Source: an uncultured Thermoplasmatales archaeon
GTDB taxonomy: Archaea > Thermoplasmatota > E2 > UBA202 > DSCA01
Reading direction: 5' to 3'
DNA: 64,000 nt
Assembly (NCBI GenBank): GCA_964514975.1
Contig: CAZESS010000002.1
Location: 64,001 to 128,000 of the forward strand
The notes below the pieces were generated by a model that saw nothing but the letters and a program-made list of their open reading frames with translations, had not been told where the DNA came from and did no database searches. Positions within the stretch are counted from its first letter, which is position 1. Every line of letters starts with the position of its first letter. The translations under genes were made by a program, and so were the position numbers. This document shows, one piece after another, positions 22,106 through 33,317 of the stretch.

Positions 22106-22972
22106 CTATATCAGATTCGGAGTCGAGATGATGTCATAGTAGCCGAAGACGGGCCCGTCGATGCAGATGTACTCCAGGAAGGTCGACGAGCCGGCGATGC
22201 AGTGCCCGCATTTGCCGACGCCACATTTCATCCGCCGCTCAAGGGTCACATAGATGTTCCGTGGGTCATAGCCCGCCTCGATGACCTTTTCGAACACGCT
22301 CCGGTAGGCCTGCGGGGGTCCGCAGACCACAACGTAGGCGTCATCGGGGTCGGTGTTCGCATCCTCGACATGATGCTGCGCTCTCCCCGTGCGACCCGGC
22401 CATTCCGGGTCCCGGGTGACGGTCTGCAGGATGTTGATGTTCTCCGCCTCGGCGATGTCCCGCATGGCCTCGAGCTCCTTCCGGAACAGCAGCTTGTGTC
22501 CGTAGCGGGCGCTGTTGATGACGGTGATGTTGCCGAACTTCCACCGGTTGTCCATCGCGTGCAAAAAGACGGAGCGGAGCGGCACCATGCCAATGCCCGC
22601 GGCGATGAGCAGCAGATCGTGGTTTTCGAACCTGTCCATGTTGAACCCGTTGCCGTAGGGGCCACGGATCCCCATGTAGTCGCCGGGCTCCATCTGATGG
22701 ATGACCTCGGTGACCTTGCCCGCGCGCTTGATGCACAGCTCGAAAAACCCGCGGCGCATGGGCGATGAGCACACCGAGATGGGTATCTCGCCGACCCCGG
22801 GGATGGACACCTGGACGAACTGCCCCGGTGTAAACGTCCATTCCTCGGCGATGTCGGAGTCCTCAAAGCGCAGGAGAAAGAGCTTGTCCTCGTCGGTCAT
22901 CTCGTATACCCGGAGGATGCGGCACTTGTACAGGTCATATATGTTTTTGTCTGGGGTGGTTTCATTGCTCAT
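22106..22972 (-). CDS. hydG: Group 3b hydrogenase gamma (FAD/NAD, 2Fe-2S) subunit
   Basis: [44 protein letters not shown]. Confidence 0.93.
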   Translation of the reverse strand: MSNETTPDKNIYDLYKCRILRVYEMTDEDKLFLLRFEDSDIAEEWTFTPGQFVQVSIPGVGEIPISVCSSPMRRGFFELCIKRAGKVTEVIHQMEPGDYMGIRGPYGNGFNMDRFENHDLLLIAAGIGMVPLRSVFLHAMDNRWKFGNITVINSARYGHKLLFRKELEAMRDIAEAENINILQTVTRDPEWPGRTGRAQHHVEDANTDPDDAYVVVCGPPQAYRSVFEKVIEAGYDPRNIYVTLERRMKCGVGKCGHCIAGSSTFLEYICIDGPVFGYYDIISTPNLI

Positions 22973-23999
22973 AGATTTCCTCCGCGATACCACGGATTTT
23001 CATGAGATTGTCAAGGAAGTCGATGTCTGCCGGGCAGAAATAGGTACAGTTGCCGCAGCCGACGCAGTAGCTCGTTCCCAGGGGATGGAAATACGCGTTT
23101 TTGCAGACATATCGGTTGATAAACCGGTCTTTTTTCGTCTCGCGGAAGTTGTGTCCCCCTGCAACGAGCCCATGGCTCCGGAACTGGCAGGAGTCCCAGA
23201 AGCGTATCCGGCTGCCATGCCGACCGTCGATGTCGGGGATGTCCTGGACCTCGTAGCACCTGCACGTCGGGCAGGTCATGGTGCAGTTCCCGCAGCCGAG
23301 GCATTTTTTGCTTTCCTCGTCCCAGAGCGGGTGGTCCTTGGTGAGCTCGAGCATGTATCGCAGGTTGTCGAAGCTGCCCTGATATTGGAACAGCTCATGT
23401 CGCTTCCGCTCGAACTGCTTGAAATGCTTGATGTCCTCGTCTGTCACCTCGACGAACAGACCCGGGTTTTCATCGACGATTTTATGTCCCTTTTCGCTGC
23501 CCACCCGTATCAGGTAGCCGTCGGGGAGCTCATGCAGAAACAGGTCGAACCCCACGTCGACGAAATCCGTCCGGCGCAGGTTGCAGAAACAGTATTCGTC
23601 GGGCAGGCAGCTCAGGCCGACGATGATGCCCGCGTCACGCCGCATGCCATAGTATTTGTCCGGGTATTCGTTCAGGTAGACGCCGTCGAGAATGCGCAGC
23701 CCGACGATGCTGCACGCATGCAGGCCGAAGAGCACGAACGGTCGTACGTCGTCGAGCGTTTCCTCATATTCGCTGGATTCCATGTCATACGTGAACATTT
23801 GCTGCTCGGTCGGGATGAAATATTTTTTTGCCGGGGTGACCGTCCGGGTGTAGTCAAAGGCGACGTCGTCGACATCATCTATCTCCCGGTAGTCATAGAA
23901 CTCCTCCGATATCTGGACAGGTGCATACAGCTCGCCGTAGGCAGACAGTTGCTCTAAAAAATCGTTGACCCGGCTGTTTTCCAGCTTGAGGTATCTCAT
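22962..23999 (-). CDS. hydB: Group 3b hydrogenase beta (4Fe-4S) subunit
   Basis: [32 protein letters not shown]. Confidence 0.93.
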   Translation of the reverse strand: MRYLKLENSRVNDFLEQLSAYGELYAPVQISEEFYDYREIDDVDDVAFDYTRTVTPAKKYFIPTEQQMFTYDMESSEYEETLDDVRPFVLFGLHACSIVGLRILDGVYLNEYPDKYYGMRRDAGIIVGLSCLPDEYCFCNLRRTDFVDVGFDLFLHELPDGYLIRVGSEKGHKIVDENPGLFVEVTDEDIKHFKQFERKRHELFQYQGSFDNLRYMLELTKDHPLWDEESKKCLGCGNCTMTCPTCRCYEVQDIPDIDGRHGSRIRFWDSCQFRSHGLVAGGHNFRETKKDRFINRYVCKNAYFHPLGTSYCVGCGNCTYFCPADIDFLDNLMKIRGIAEEIYEQ

Positions 24000-24072
24000 T
24001 TCGGCTGGGTATTTGGATACACATATATATGGGTTGTGGACATCATCCCGGAAATGAAAACGTATTTAACCC

Positions 24073-25455
24073 GTGTCAGGGATTGCATCCGTGAACGAAA
24101 ACGACAGCTACACCGTAGCAATTATCGGCGCCGGACCGGCCGGGCTGTTCGCCGCACACGAGCTCGCAGAACGAGGTATCACCGACGTCGTGGTCATCGA
24201 CAAGGGAAAAAACATCGCCCGCCGGCGGTGCCCGATGAAACAGTACACCAAATGCTTCAAATGCGACCCCTGCGCAATCCTGTGCGGGCTCGGGGGCGCC
24301 GGCGGACTCTCCGACGGCAAGCTCAACCTCCGCGCCGACGTCGGCGGCAACCTGTACGAGTTCACCGACGACGCGGACATGCTGGTCGAACGCATCGACG
24401 AAATATTTCTGGAACACGGCGCACCCGACGAGTGCTACGGACACGACCTCGACGAGCTGGAAAAAACGGCGTCGCAGCACGGCATCCGGTTTGTGCCGAT
24501 CCCGCAGCGGCACATCGGCTCTGACCGCCTGCCCCGGGTGATATCCTCCCTGCATGAGACACTGGAGGCGGCAGGCATCACGTTTCTCCTCGAAACAGAG
24601 GTGCAGCACATCGAGCGGGACGACGGCTTCCAGGTCATGCTGGAAAATGGCGTCATCGAGGCATCATATGTCATCGCGGCCGTTGGACGCTCCGGAGCTG
24701 CCTGGCTGAGCATGCAGGCCGAACGGCACGGCATCGCGACACGTCACGCCCCCATCGACATCGGCGTCCGGGTCGAGGTGCCGGCGATGGTAATGGAGGA
24801 CATCGTGGCCCGCGCATGGGACCCCAAGTTCCACATTTACACCTCGACCTATGACGACTTCGTCCGCACCTTCTGCGTCTGCCCCCGGGGCTTCGTGGTG
24901 ATGGAGGACTACGGCGAATACGTGTCGGTGAACGGCCACTCGGCCATCGACAGTACCTCCGAAAACACCAACTTTGCCTTCCTGGTCAACGTGGAGCTCA
25001 CCGAGCCGCAGGAAAACACCACCGCCTACGGCTCATCCATCGCCGAGATGGCCTCAACCCTCGGCGGCGACATGCCCATCGTCCAGCGGCTCGGCGACCT
25101 TCGCTCCGGCAGGCGGTCATCCAGCGAGCGTATCAACCGCTCGTATGTATCGCCAACGCTGGCCAATGCGACACCGGGCGACATATCGATGGCGCTTCCC
25201 CACCGCGTGGTCACCGACCTGGTGGAGGGGCTCGACGCGCTGTCGGCGGTGATACCCGGGGTGGCGCAGGACTCCACGCTGCTCTATGCCCCCGAGATAA
25301 AGTTTTATTCGATGCGCTTCGAGGTGGACGACGGCCTTGAGACGGGCATGGACAATTTTTTCGTGGCGGGTGACGGCGCCGGCCTGTCACGCGGCATCGT
25401 CGCATCGGCGGCAACCGGCATGATAGCGGCGCGGGCCATCGCGGAGCGACGATGA
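24073..25455 (+). CDS. FAD-dependent oxidoreductase (COG2509-like)
   Basis: GAGPAG, GLGGAGGLSDGKLN, IGVRVE, RTFCVCP, GDGAG. Confidence 0.88.
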   Translation: MSGIASVNENDSYTVAIIGAGPAGLFAAHELAERGITDVVVIDKGKNIARRRCPMKQYTKCFKCDPCAILCGLGGAGGLSDGKLNLRADVGGNLYEFTDDADMLVERIDEIFLEHGAPDECYGHDLDELEKTASQHGIRFVPIPQRHIGSDRLPRVISSLHETLEAAGITFLLETEVQHIERDDGFQVMLENGVIEASYVIAAVGRSGAAWLSMQAERHGIATRHAPIDIGVRVEVPAMVMEDIVARAWDPKFHIYTSTYDDFVRTFCVCPRGFVVMEDYGEYVSVNGHSAIDSTSENTNFAFLVNVELTEPQENTTAYGSSIAEMASTLGGDMPIVQRLGDLRSGRRSSSERINRSYVSPTLANATPGDISMALPHRVVTDLVEGLDALSAVIPGVAQDSTLLYAPEIKFYSMRFEVDDGLETGMDNFFVAGDGAGLSRGIVASAATGMIAARAIAERR

Positions 25456-25508
25456 CAGCGATGCGCTGCCTTCGAAGCGATATCCAGGATGGCGGGGCGT
25501 CGCTGTAG

Positions 25509-26399
25509 ATGTCCCTCGTGGCCGGCGTATGGAAGCTGCTGTCGAGCTTCGCATTGATGGTGTCGCTGGCCATCATTGCCGGGCTGCTCCTCGGCGGGTT
25601 TCCCGCCTACACGGGCGAGATATCAACTGTTTCGCTGATGGTGGCGATGACGTTTTCGCTCATCCCCGTCCGGCTGCGGGACATCGAGCTGCGACATGAA
25701 GGGCGACGCATGGCGCTGCCGTTTTTTCTGAGCTTCGTGTGGCTGTCCGGGCTCGCCGTCATGCTGGGCATGCTTTTCCAGCCACCCATCAGGTATGGCT
25801 TCGTGGCGATGGCCGCCGTGCCCCCCGCTGTCGCAATCGTGCCGATAACGAGGGTCATCGGCGGCGACATCGAGTTTTCGCTGGTGTCGCTGTCGTTGCT
25901 CTACCTCGTCTCGCTCGCGCTGACGCCGCTCATCATCTTCCTGTTTGCCGGCGAGGCCATCGACCTCTGGAAGGTTGTACGGACGGTGGTGCTGCTTATC
26001 ATGCTGCCGTTGCTGCTGTCACGGGGCGCCAGACGGCTGCCGCTTGCCAAGCGGCAGACGACGATGCTGTCAAACATATGCTTTTTCGTGCTCATGTTCG
26101 GCATCGTCGGCGCCCGCCGTTCCTTTTTGTTCCATGAATGGACGCTGATGCTGGCCATCGCCGGAGCCGTCGTCATCCGGACGTTTGGCAGCGGCATGCT
26201 GATAAAGCTTGTCGGTCAGCGAGCCGGCATACCGCGCCGGCGGGTGCTGCCGCTCACCCTGTTCGGCTCATTCAAAAACGAGGGTTTGGCTATCCTCATC
26301 GCGCTGCCCCTGTTCGGCGAGACGTCTAGCATCCCGCTCGTCGTCGCCATCCTGTTCGAGATGCTCTGGGTCGGATGCCTCGAGGCCAGGCTGATGTAG
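25509..26399 (+). CDS. Bile acid:Na+ symporter (BASS) family transporter
   Basis: About 9-10 TM helices; AVPPAVA..GGD, KNEG motifs. Confidence 0.75.
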   Translation: MSLVAGVWKLLSSFALMVSLAIIAGLLLGGFPAYTGEISTVSLMVAMTFSLIPVRLRDIELRHEGRRMALPFFLSFVWLSGLAVMLGMLFQPPIRYGFVAMAAVPPAVAIVPITRVIGGDIEFSLVSLSLLYLVSLALTPLIIFLFAGEAIDLWKVVRTVVLLIMLPLLLSRGARRLPLAKRQTTMLSNICFFVLMFGIVGARRSFLFHEWTLMLAIAGAVVIRTFGSGMLIKLVGQRAGIPRRRVLPLTLFGSFKNEGLAILIALPLFGETSSIPLVVAILFEMLWVGCLEARLM

Positions 26400-26400
26400 G

Positions 26401-27435
26401 CTAGCAGATACGGGGGATAGGGTCACCCAGGGGTGCCTCGAGCAGCCGGGTGCCACCCACGGCGGTTTCGAGCACGACGCGCTTTTTCTTCGTGGCATGG
26501 CCGATGATCGCCGCATCGCAGCCCAGCGGATGCCGCCGCATTGCCGCCAGGACGTCATCCTCTCTGTCGGGCGCGACGGCGAGCACAACTTTGCCCTCGT
26601 TGCCAACCGTGTAGGGATCGATGCCGAGCATCTCACAGGCCGCCATTGTGCCCTCCTGGACGGGGATGCGTTCCTCCAGGATGTGCATGCCAACACCGGA
26701 CTTGGACGCCATCTCATGCAATGTGTTGGCCAGGCCGCCCCGGGTAGGGTCCTTCGCGGCGGCGACGCCACCCGCCTCAAGACAGCGCTGCATCAGGCCG
26801 TTGACCGGTGCCACGTCGGATGTTATCTCGGTCTCGAAGCCATAGCCCTCCCGGAACGACAGCAGCGCGATGCCGTGGTCGGCGACGTGGCCGCTCAGGA
26901 TGATGCAGTCATCGGGCTGGAGCGCGCTGTCACGGAGCCACGACGTGCCCCGTCCAAGCTCCTGGAGGTTTTGCTGCAACGCCTCGCTTGAATGGCCGAT
27001 ACCAGCCGTGGTGACAATCATGTCCTGCAGTGCGCCGTGCTCAAGCACCTTGGTGTCACCGGTAACGATGGGCACGCCCGCATTGCGGGAGCAGGACGCC
27101 ATGCTGTCGAGCACCCGTTCAATGCTGTCCAGCGATAGACCCTCCTCGATGACTATGGCTGCGGCGAGCGCCAGCGGCTCGGCGCCCATGACCGCGACAT
27201 CGTTTATCGTGCCCGCAACGGCGAGGCTGCCGATGTCCCCGCCGGGAAAAAACAGGGGCTGAACGGTATGGCTGTCGGTGGTGAACACGACATCGTCGAC
27301 AACGGCCGCGTCGTCGAGCGCCTGCAGCGGCACGTCTATGTCCGGCTGCTCGAACCGGGGGAGAATGTGTTTTTTGATGAACGCCTCGGTTTCGCTGCCG
27401 CCTGCTCCCTGCGGGAGCTCGATTCTGTCCGCCAT
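26401..27435 (-). CDS. hypE: Hydrogenase carbamoyl dehydratase
   Basis: TTDSHTVQPLFFPGGDIG, GDTKV, DPTRGG, NEGK, C-terminal PRIC. Confidence 0.96.
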   Translation of the reverse strand: MADRIELPQGAGGSETEAFIKKHILPRFEQPDIDVPLQALDDAAVVDDVVFTTDSHTVQPLFFPGGDIGSLAVAGTINDVAVMGAEPLALAAAIVIEEGLSLDSIERVLDSMASCSRNAGVPIVTGDTKVLEHGALQDMIVTTAGIGHSSEALQQNLQELGRGTSWLRDSALQPDDCIILSGHVADHGIALLSFREGYGFETEITSDVAPVNGLMQRCLEAGGVAAAKDPTRGGLANTLHEMASKSGVGMHILEERIPVQEGTMAACEMLGIDPYTVGNEGKVVLAVAPDREDDVLAAMRRHPLGCDAAIIGHATKKKRVVLETAVGGTRLLEAPLGDPIPRIC

Positions 27436-27436
27436 G

Positions 27437-28372
27437 TCAGTCCCTGATGCCGTCCTCATTGACCATGAACACTGCCTCCCCCTCGGGCAGATGCGGTGAG
27501 TCGATGAGACGGGCAATGCGTTTGCCGCCCTTTGACTTGCGGAGATATATCCGGAACATGGCTGTGTGGCCGACGATGTGCCCGCCAATCGGCCGTGTCG
27601 GGTCGCCGAAAAAGGCATCCGGCTTGGCGGACACCTGGTTGGTGACACAGATAGCGGCGTTGTGCAATCGTCCGAACCTGAGCAGGTCGTGCATGTGGGT
27701 ATTGAGCTTTTGCTGTCTGTCGGCGAGAGTGCCGCGCCCGACGTATTCCGCCCTGAAATGGCCGGTCAGCGAGTCGACAATGACCAGCCGGACGGGATGC
27801 TCCTTGGCGATTTCCTCGGCTTTTTTGACCAGCATCATCTGATGGTTTGAGTTGTAGGCCGTGGCGACATGTATCTGCTTTAACGCGTCCTCCGGCTCGA
27901 TGTCCATCGCATCGGCCATCTGGATGACACGCTCGGGGCGGAACGTGTTCTCGGTGTCGATAAAAACCGCGTGGCCGTCGAGGCCTCCCTCCTCCTCCGG
28001 CAGCTGTACCGTCACCGCGAGCTGCAATGCGACCTGTGTTTTGCCGGACCCGAACTCGCCGAAGAGCTCGGTGATGGCCTGACTTTCGAACCCGCCGCCG
28101 AGCAACTCGTCGAAGGACTTTGAGCCCGTGGTGAGCTTCCGGCGCTCTCGCATCCGTTCCATTATCTTGTCTCCGCTTTCGAACCCGCCGACGTCGGCCT
28201 CGTCGCGGGCTGCCTGGATGATCTTCATGGCCGTGCTCTCGCCGATGTCGCCCAGGCTGGCGAGCTCACCCGGCGATGCGACCGCGATTGCCATAAGGTC
28301 GGAGAAGCCTGACTCCTCCAGTTTTTTTGCCGTTGAGGGGCCAACCCCCGGGAGGTCTTCTAGCTCGGTCAT
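27437..28372 (-). CDS. radA: DNA repair and recombination protein RadA
   Basis: HhH N-domain, [38 protein letters not shown]. Confidence 0.97.
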   Translation of the reverse strand: MTELEDLPGVGPSTAKKLEESGFSDLMAIAVASPGELASLGDIGESTAMKIIQAARDEADVGGFESGDKIMERMRERRKLTTGSKSFDELLGGGFESQAITELFGEFGSGKTQVALQLAVTVQLPEEEGGLDGHAVFIDTENTFRPERVIQMADAMDIEPEDALKQIHVATAYNSNHQMMLVKKAEEIAKEHPVRLVIVDSLTGHFRAEYVGRGTLADRQQKLNTHMHDLLRFGRLHNAAICVTNQVSAKPDAFFGDPTRPIGGHIVGHTAMFRIYLRKSKGGKRIARLIDSPHLPEGEAVFMVNEDGIRD

Positions 28373-28452
28373 GTCTCTCGTTGGTCAATGCCAGCAGCAT
28401 TTATAAACATACTGCCAGGGCCCCGCTGCGGCTATGAAAAAGTTTCGGTTTT

Positions 28453-29478
28453 TTATTCGACGGCCACGTCGAGGACGCCGTGGACGATCCCGGGTGCATA
28501 TGACTTGACCACCCGGTGATGTAACAGCTCGGCGCTCCATCCTGCCTTTTGTGCCGCTTCCAGCACCTCCTGCAACGGCTCCCGGGGGAAATCGCCCGTG
28601 GAGCAGGCGCAGTGATATTGCAAGACGCCGCTCCCGGGATGGAGCACTTGCATGGCCGTTGGCAGAAACGGCGCAGCGCGAAGGTAGCCCATGACCACGC
28701 GCTCAGCAACGCCGTGCGGTGCCACCTCCCGGCAGTCGCCCTCCAGTACCGTGATGTTGCCATCGACGTCGTTGAGCGCCGCGCTGCTGCGGAGATAGCC
28801 GGCAGCCGTGGGATTGATTTCGCAGGCGTATATCCTGGCATTGGAGTGCACGGCCAGGGGCAGCGTGAAGTAGCCGATGCCCGCAAAGAGGTCAACGACG
28901 ACCTCGCCCTCCGTTGCTACGGACGCCATCCGGATGCGCTCGTCTATGTTGCCTGAGGAAAACATCACGCGCCGGGGGTCGAGCTTGTAGGATACGCCGT
29001 TTTCGACATGGATTGTCTCGGTGTCCTGGTCGCCCCAGAGATGCCCGACCTGCGGACGGCGCATGACCCCGGAAATGCCACCCGTGTCCTCGAGCACGGC
29101 CCGGCAGCCCAAAACCTCGCCGTACACCGCGGCGACCTGCCGCTTTATGGAAAAGCCGTCGGGGAAGCGGAGGATGAGCACATCACCGATTTTTTCCCAG
29201 GAATCCGGCAGCATCTCCAGGTCAACATCCGGTAGCTCCTCCTGGATGCGGGCGCGTATCCCGGCCATCGGCGTCGGATAATCGCGGGGCACGATGTCCT
29301 GCTGCTCGACCACCTCGAACGCAAACGGAAGCTCCCCGGGCGGCTCAGATACCGGGAGCTGCACCACATGTTCGCTGCGGCTGATGCGCCGGCTGTCGTC
29401 GAGCAGCCCGCGCTCGATGAGATGCTGCAGCGCCGCCTGCGCATCGCGATGTGCAACTGAGATGGCCGTCCGGTTCAC
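28453..29478 (-). CDS. taw2: Trm5/Taw2-family SAM-dependent tRNA wyosine-pathway transferase
   Basis: VMFSSGNIDERIRM, DLFAGIGYFT, EINP, VKSYAP. Confidence 0.75.
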   Translation of the reverse strand: MNRTAISVAHRDAQAALQHLIERGLLDDSRRISRSEHVVQLPVSEPPGELPFAFEVVEQQDIVPRDYPTPMAGIRARIQEELPDVDLEMLPDSWEKIGDVLILRFPDGFSIKRQVAAVYGEVLGCRAVLEDTGGISGVMRRPQVGHLWGDQDTETIHVENGVSYKLDPRRVMFSSGNIDERIRMASVATEGEVVVDLFAGIGYFTLPLAVHSNARIYACEINPTAAGYLRSSAALNDVDGNITVLEGDCREVAPHGVAERVVMGYLRAAPFLPTAMQVLHPGSGVLQYHCACSTGDFPREPLQEVLEAAQKAGWSAELLHHRVVKSYAPGIVHGVLDVAVE

Positions 29479-29553
29479 GGCATATCATCCCCCGATGTAT
29501 TTTAAAGGTTGGCGGGTGGAAAACGTTTTAACGTGCCCGGTGTTTGCCGTCCG

Positions 29554-30033
29554 ATGGACCGGATACCGCTGGTACATGTCGAGCAGGGTCAGGCAGTCGT
29601 CGGGGGCAAGCGTTCCAATGCCGTCGAGGTGTTACGTGAACTCCGCGACGGGCATGACCTGCTCTATGTTGTAGACCATGACGGTCATCGGCGCAACCGT
29701 GCCAACATCGACGTCTACAAAGCGGTGTCCCGGAAAGCGTTTTTGTGGCTTGATGCGGCGCCGCGGCGCGTCGAGGACGTCATCGATATCGTCGTCGCCG
29801 GGGCAACACGGGTGACCCTCGGCGATGCATTGCGGGACGACGACCTCCGGCAGCTCATCGACATGGTCGAAAGCGACCTCTATCTGCGCTCTGCGCAGCC
29901 GGTGCAGGCCGAGCGCCGCGTCCGGCGATTCGAGCTGACCGGCCTCGTCGTCGACGACACATGGCGGGAGACCTGGAACGTGGAGACCTGGCGCCTGAAC
30001 GATGCCGAAGGTATGGCGGAGCAGATAGCATGA
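29554..30033 (+). CDS. Short HisA/HisF-related barrel protein
   Basis: LYVVD..N..LWLDA.PR..DVIDIVVAGA. Confidence 0.6.
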   Translation: MDRIPLVHVEQGQAVVGGKRSNAVEVLRELRDGHDLLYVVDHDGHRRNRANIDVYKAVSRKAFLWLDAAPRRVEDVIDIVVAGATRVTLGDALRDDDLRQLIDMVESDLYLRSAQPVQAERRVRRFELTGLVVDDTWRETWNVETWRLNDAEGMAEQIA

Positions 30034-30491
30034 TACAGGAGGCGAAAAAGCTCATCGCATTTTTGTTCCAGCGGAGCGGCAAGAACAATCTCGACGAAAA
30101 CGAGATATATATGACGCTGTCCTACGAGCTCGGCTGGCTCACCCCGGCGGAGGCAAAACAGTTTATCAGGCGCGGCCTCGAACGGGGATTGCTCAGCGAA
30201 ACCGATGACGGCTACACACCGACATACGATGTCTCGGCTGTCGACATACCGCTTGGCTTCGAGGTCGACGGCAGCATCGTGCAGCCCGGAGACGAGGACC
30301 TCGTATCCGTCATCGCGGGCGTGCTCGCCTCCGAAGATACACGCGAGGAGGACGTGCGACGGCAAATTCGGGAGCGAGCCAAAACGGAGCATGTCATCCC
30401 CGCGGTTGCAGCGCTGCTCATTGCCCATGAACGGGGCGTGGACGTGGGGCCCTACCTGGGACAGGCACGCCGGGCCGTCAAAGATATCTAG
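30030..30491 (+). CDS. DUF2240-family protein
   Basis: IAFLFQRSGK..LSYELGWLTP.EAK..IPLGF..VAALLIA. Confidence 0.8.
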   Translation: MIQEAKKLIAFLFQRSGKNNLDENEIYMTLSYELGWLTPAEAKQFIRRGLERGLLSETDDGYTPTYDVSAVDIPLGFEVDGSIVQPGDEDLVSVIAGVLASEDTREEDVRRQIRERAKTEHVIPAVAALLIAHERGVDVGPYLGQARRAVKDI

Positions 30492-30499
30492 CAAAAAAG

Positions 30500-31189
30500 T
30501 TACGGCGCCGGGGTTATCATCAATGCTGCACCGAGACAAAAGGCGGGGTCGGGTGCGCCCTGCACAGGGACGATGATGTTGATGATGGTGCCTGCAAAGC
30601 CGACTATGACATGGGTGGACAGCTCGTCGGCCGTGATGACCTGTGTGCCGTCGAGCCCCCGGATGACAAGCTGGCCGGTTGCGCCATCGAGCACCGTCAT
30701 GAACATGAGCGGCGCGGTGAAATGGACAGGGTGCAGAGCATGTGTTATCACCGACCACAGCAGGAACAGTCCGATGGTGCCGAAGCCGTTGAACAGGGAG
30801 AGCACGCCCGCCATGGCGAGGTTTAATGGATAGGAAAACAGCGCCTTGGAAAAAGCGCCGTAGAGCATGCAGAGCCGGTTGGATGCCGGCTCTGTATCCT
30901 GGCATAGCATCCCGCCCGGCACTGCCAGGTCGATGCCATGGTCGCCGAGTCGCGCCGTCACCTGCTGCATCGCCGTTTGGTTCTCCGCGTGTATGGCCTC
31001 GATGAGATGCTGCAGGAGCCCTTCGATGACGGATGCCGTTTCAACCGACATGGATATCTGTTGTGTTCCTGTCGGCGTCCGCATTTCGATGACCGCACCG
31101 GGTGCATCGGGGGACGTGAGCGCCTGTGTCAGGCCGACCGTGACCAGCAGTAGGGGCAGGCAGACGGCCAGCAACCGCCGGAATATCAT
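30500..31189 (-). CDS. Hypothetical secreted/membrane protein
   Basis: Signal-peptide-like N-terminus; fills the intergenic space. Confidence 0.6.
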   Translation of the reverse strand: MIFRRLLAVCLPLLLVTVGLTQALTSPDAPGAVIEMRTPTGTQQISMSVETASVIEGLLQHLIEAIHAENQTAMQQVTARLGDHGIDLAVPGGMLCQDTEPASNRLCMLYGAFSKALFSYPLNLAMAGVLSLFNGFGTIGLFLLWSVITHALHPVHFTAPLMFMTVLDGATGQLVIRGLDGTQVITADELSTHVIVGFAGTIINIIVPVQGAPDPAFCLGAALMITPAP

Positions 31190-31228
31190 GACATGGCATC
31201 CCGCGGAGCATATTTTAATGCTGCGCAC

Positions 31229-31327
31229 CTACAGCAGCAGCGCCGCGGCCAGCGCGATGACGGTGATAACGGCTGCGAGGATGAGCAGGACGGTGCCCGC
31301 GCTTTCCTCCGACCGCACGACCTCCAT
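31229..31327 (-). CDS. 32-aa single-TM micro-protein (not in ORF track)
   Basis: GGAGGTGA Shine-Dalgarno; MEVVRSEESAGTVLLILAAVITVIALAAALLL. Confidence 0.6.
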   Translation of the reverse strand: MEVVRSEESAGTVLLILAAVITVIALAAALLL

Positions 31328-31390
31328 TTTTTTCACCTCCCATAGTCTATAACACCCGGTTTTTGAAAAGCGTTATCACCGCTGCGTGGT

Positions 31391-32669
31391 TTACACGTAG
31401 TAGAGCAGTATCGGGAGGAGCAGGACGCCCATCAGCACGCTGCGGCGGACCCGCCATTCCAGGCAGAGCAGGCCGACCAGCGTGCCGGCGAGCAGACAGA
31501 GCAGACCGACGGGGCCGGTGAACAACGCCGCCATGACCGCGATGCCGGCGATGGTCGCCAATGCCACCCATCGATATGGCACGCTGGAGATATGCCGCGC
31601 TACGGCACGACCCGCGGCCCTGGTGAAAAAATAGGATGCCAGCGCGGCGATAACCACGCTGATTAGCAGCAGGGGCAGCGCAGGGGGCGGCAACGATGCA
31701 TGCCAGCGCTCGATGGACAGCAGCTCCTGGATGACAGTGGCGCTTCCGCTCCGCGCCCGTCCGATGACGAACAGCGCCGCGAGGACGAAAAAAGCGTTGG
31801 ACGTGTTGACCGCCGACAGGGTCACGATGATGTTTTCCGCCCGTCTGCGGCCGCGGGCGACCAGCGCCAGCACGGTGGCAACGGCGGCGGTGACACCTGG
31901 CAGCACGGACACGGCTGCACCCGCCGCTGTACCGGTGCCCACGTCGGGTATCCCGGGTGAGATGTCATCGGATTCCACCTCCTGCTCGGGGACCGCCGTG
32001 GCATGCATGGCGTGGAGCAGCGTGGGGATGGCGAACAATCCGGACAGCGCGGGAAACAAAAGCGAGCCCGGCAGGTTGAGCAGCGGCGTGGGCTGCAGCT
32101 CGAAAACGGCGACGCCGAACACGCCGGCTATGAGGTACAGCACGAGAGCGGCAGTAACATGCCGGATGTCTTTTTTCCGTTCCGATGAGCACGATGGACA
32201 CGGCCAGCAGCACCCATGGCATCACGTCCGAGAGCAGCTCATAGAGCGCGACGGGCGAGCCGAGCAATAGCCTGAAGGGCACAATGCAGGCCAGGCCACC
32301 GATGACTGCTCCGGCGCTCCCGGCCGCTGACAGCGCAACGGCGCGGTATCCATGTCCGTGGCGCAGCAGCTCGTGTGCGGGCAGCATTACCAGGGCGGTG
32401 TCCTGCTCGGGTGCCCCGAGAAACGTCGAGGGTATGATGTTGACGAAGGTATGTGAGATGGCGGTGGCGGCGATGACAACGGCCAGGAGCAGCGGCACCA
32501 TGCCGGCCTGGATGCCCGTGATGCCGGCGAGAAACGAGGAGGCAACGCCGGCCATGGAGAGCAGGAGCAGCGCCACCGTGTTGACGTGCAGGCCTGGGAC
32601 CAGCCCTGTCATCCATCCGATGATGGTGCCAAAGGCTGCGCAGGCCAGAACGGGTAGCAGCCCCGTCAT
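31391..32669 (-). pseudogene. TctA/COG1784-family permease, frameshifted at T6 32171-32176
   Basis: GLVPGLHVN, HTFVNIIPSTFLGAP, LPAH, then LSGLF, LPGV, GRARSG in another frame. Confidence 0.85.
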
Positions 32670-32670
32670 G

Positions 32671-33294
32671 TCATCCCAGCCGCGTTACCTGGTGGCTGCT
32701 GCGCTCGGTCGACAGGTAGAAGCTCAGAGTGTCATGGTCGTAGCGGAGCATCGCTGTGACGGTCACCTCGTCTCCTCTGGTTATGTTGTACGTTCGCCCG
32801 GGATGCCGGACCATGATGCTGCATGTGCCATCGGCGAGGCGGAAGCCATGCATGGTCGCGTTGGCGGCGGTGCCGTTCACGGTGACCGTGGTGTCGCGAT
32901 ATCTGCTGTGCAGGGAGGCGAGCACGGGCAACGGGATGCTGTCGTTTGTGTATGCGAGCACGGTGACGCCGTCGGCCATGATTTCCAGCCTGCCTTCGTA
33001 TCGCTGAATGGTGCCGGTGACCCGTATGCGGTCGCCCCGCCGCACGGTGACTTCATCGGGTACGTACACCCTTGCCGATGTGGAGCCATCGCGGAGCAGC
33101 AGGCTCGCCGAGCTATCATATCGCTCGACCTGGACGACGAGGCCGGTGACCCGTACCGTTTTGCCCTCATGCTCTGCCAGGTCGGCCAGCGGGATGGACG
33201 TCGGCTCGGATGCCGTGGCGAGCAGGTGCAGCCCGGCGATGCAGACCAGGGCTGCTCCGAGCAGCAGATACTGCCTCGAGCTTCCAGGGTTCAC
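32671..33294 (-). CDS. Membrane-anchored OB-fold protein
   Basis: N-terminal TM; GDRIRVTGTIQRYEGRLEI; second OB-like repeat. Confidence 0.75.
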   Translation of the reverse strand: MNPGSSRQYLLLGAALVCIAGLHLLATASEPTSIPLADLAEHEGKTVRVTGLVVQVERYDSSASLLLRDGSTSARVYVPDEVTVRRGDRIRVTGTIQRYEGRLEIMADGVTVLAYTNDSIPLPVLASLHSRYRDTTVTVNGTAANATMHGFRLADGTCSIMVRHPGRTYNITRGDEVTVTAMLRYDHDTLSFYLSTERSSHQVTRLG

Positions 33295-33317
33295 GTCCAG
33301 ACTAATGAATAATAGGT

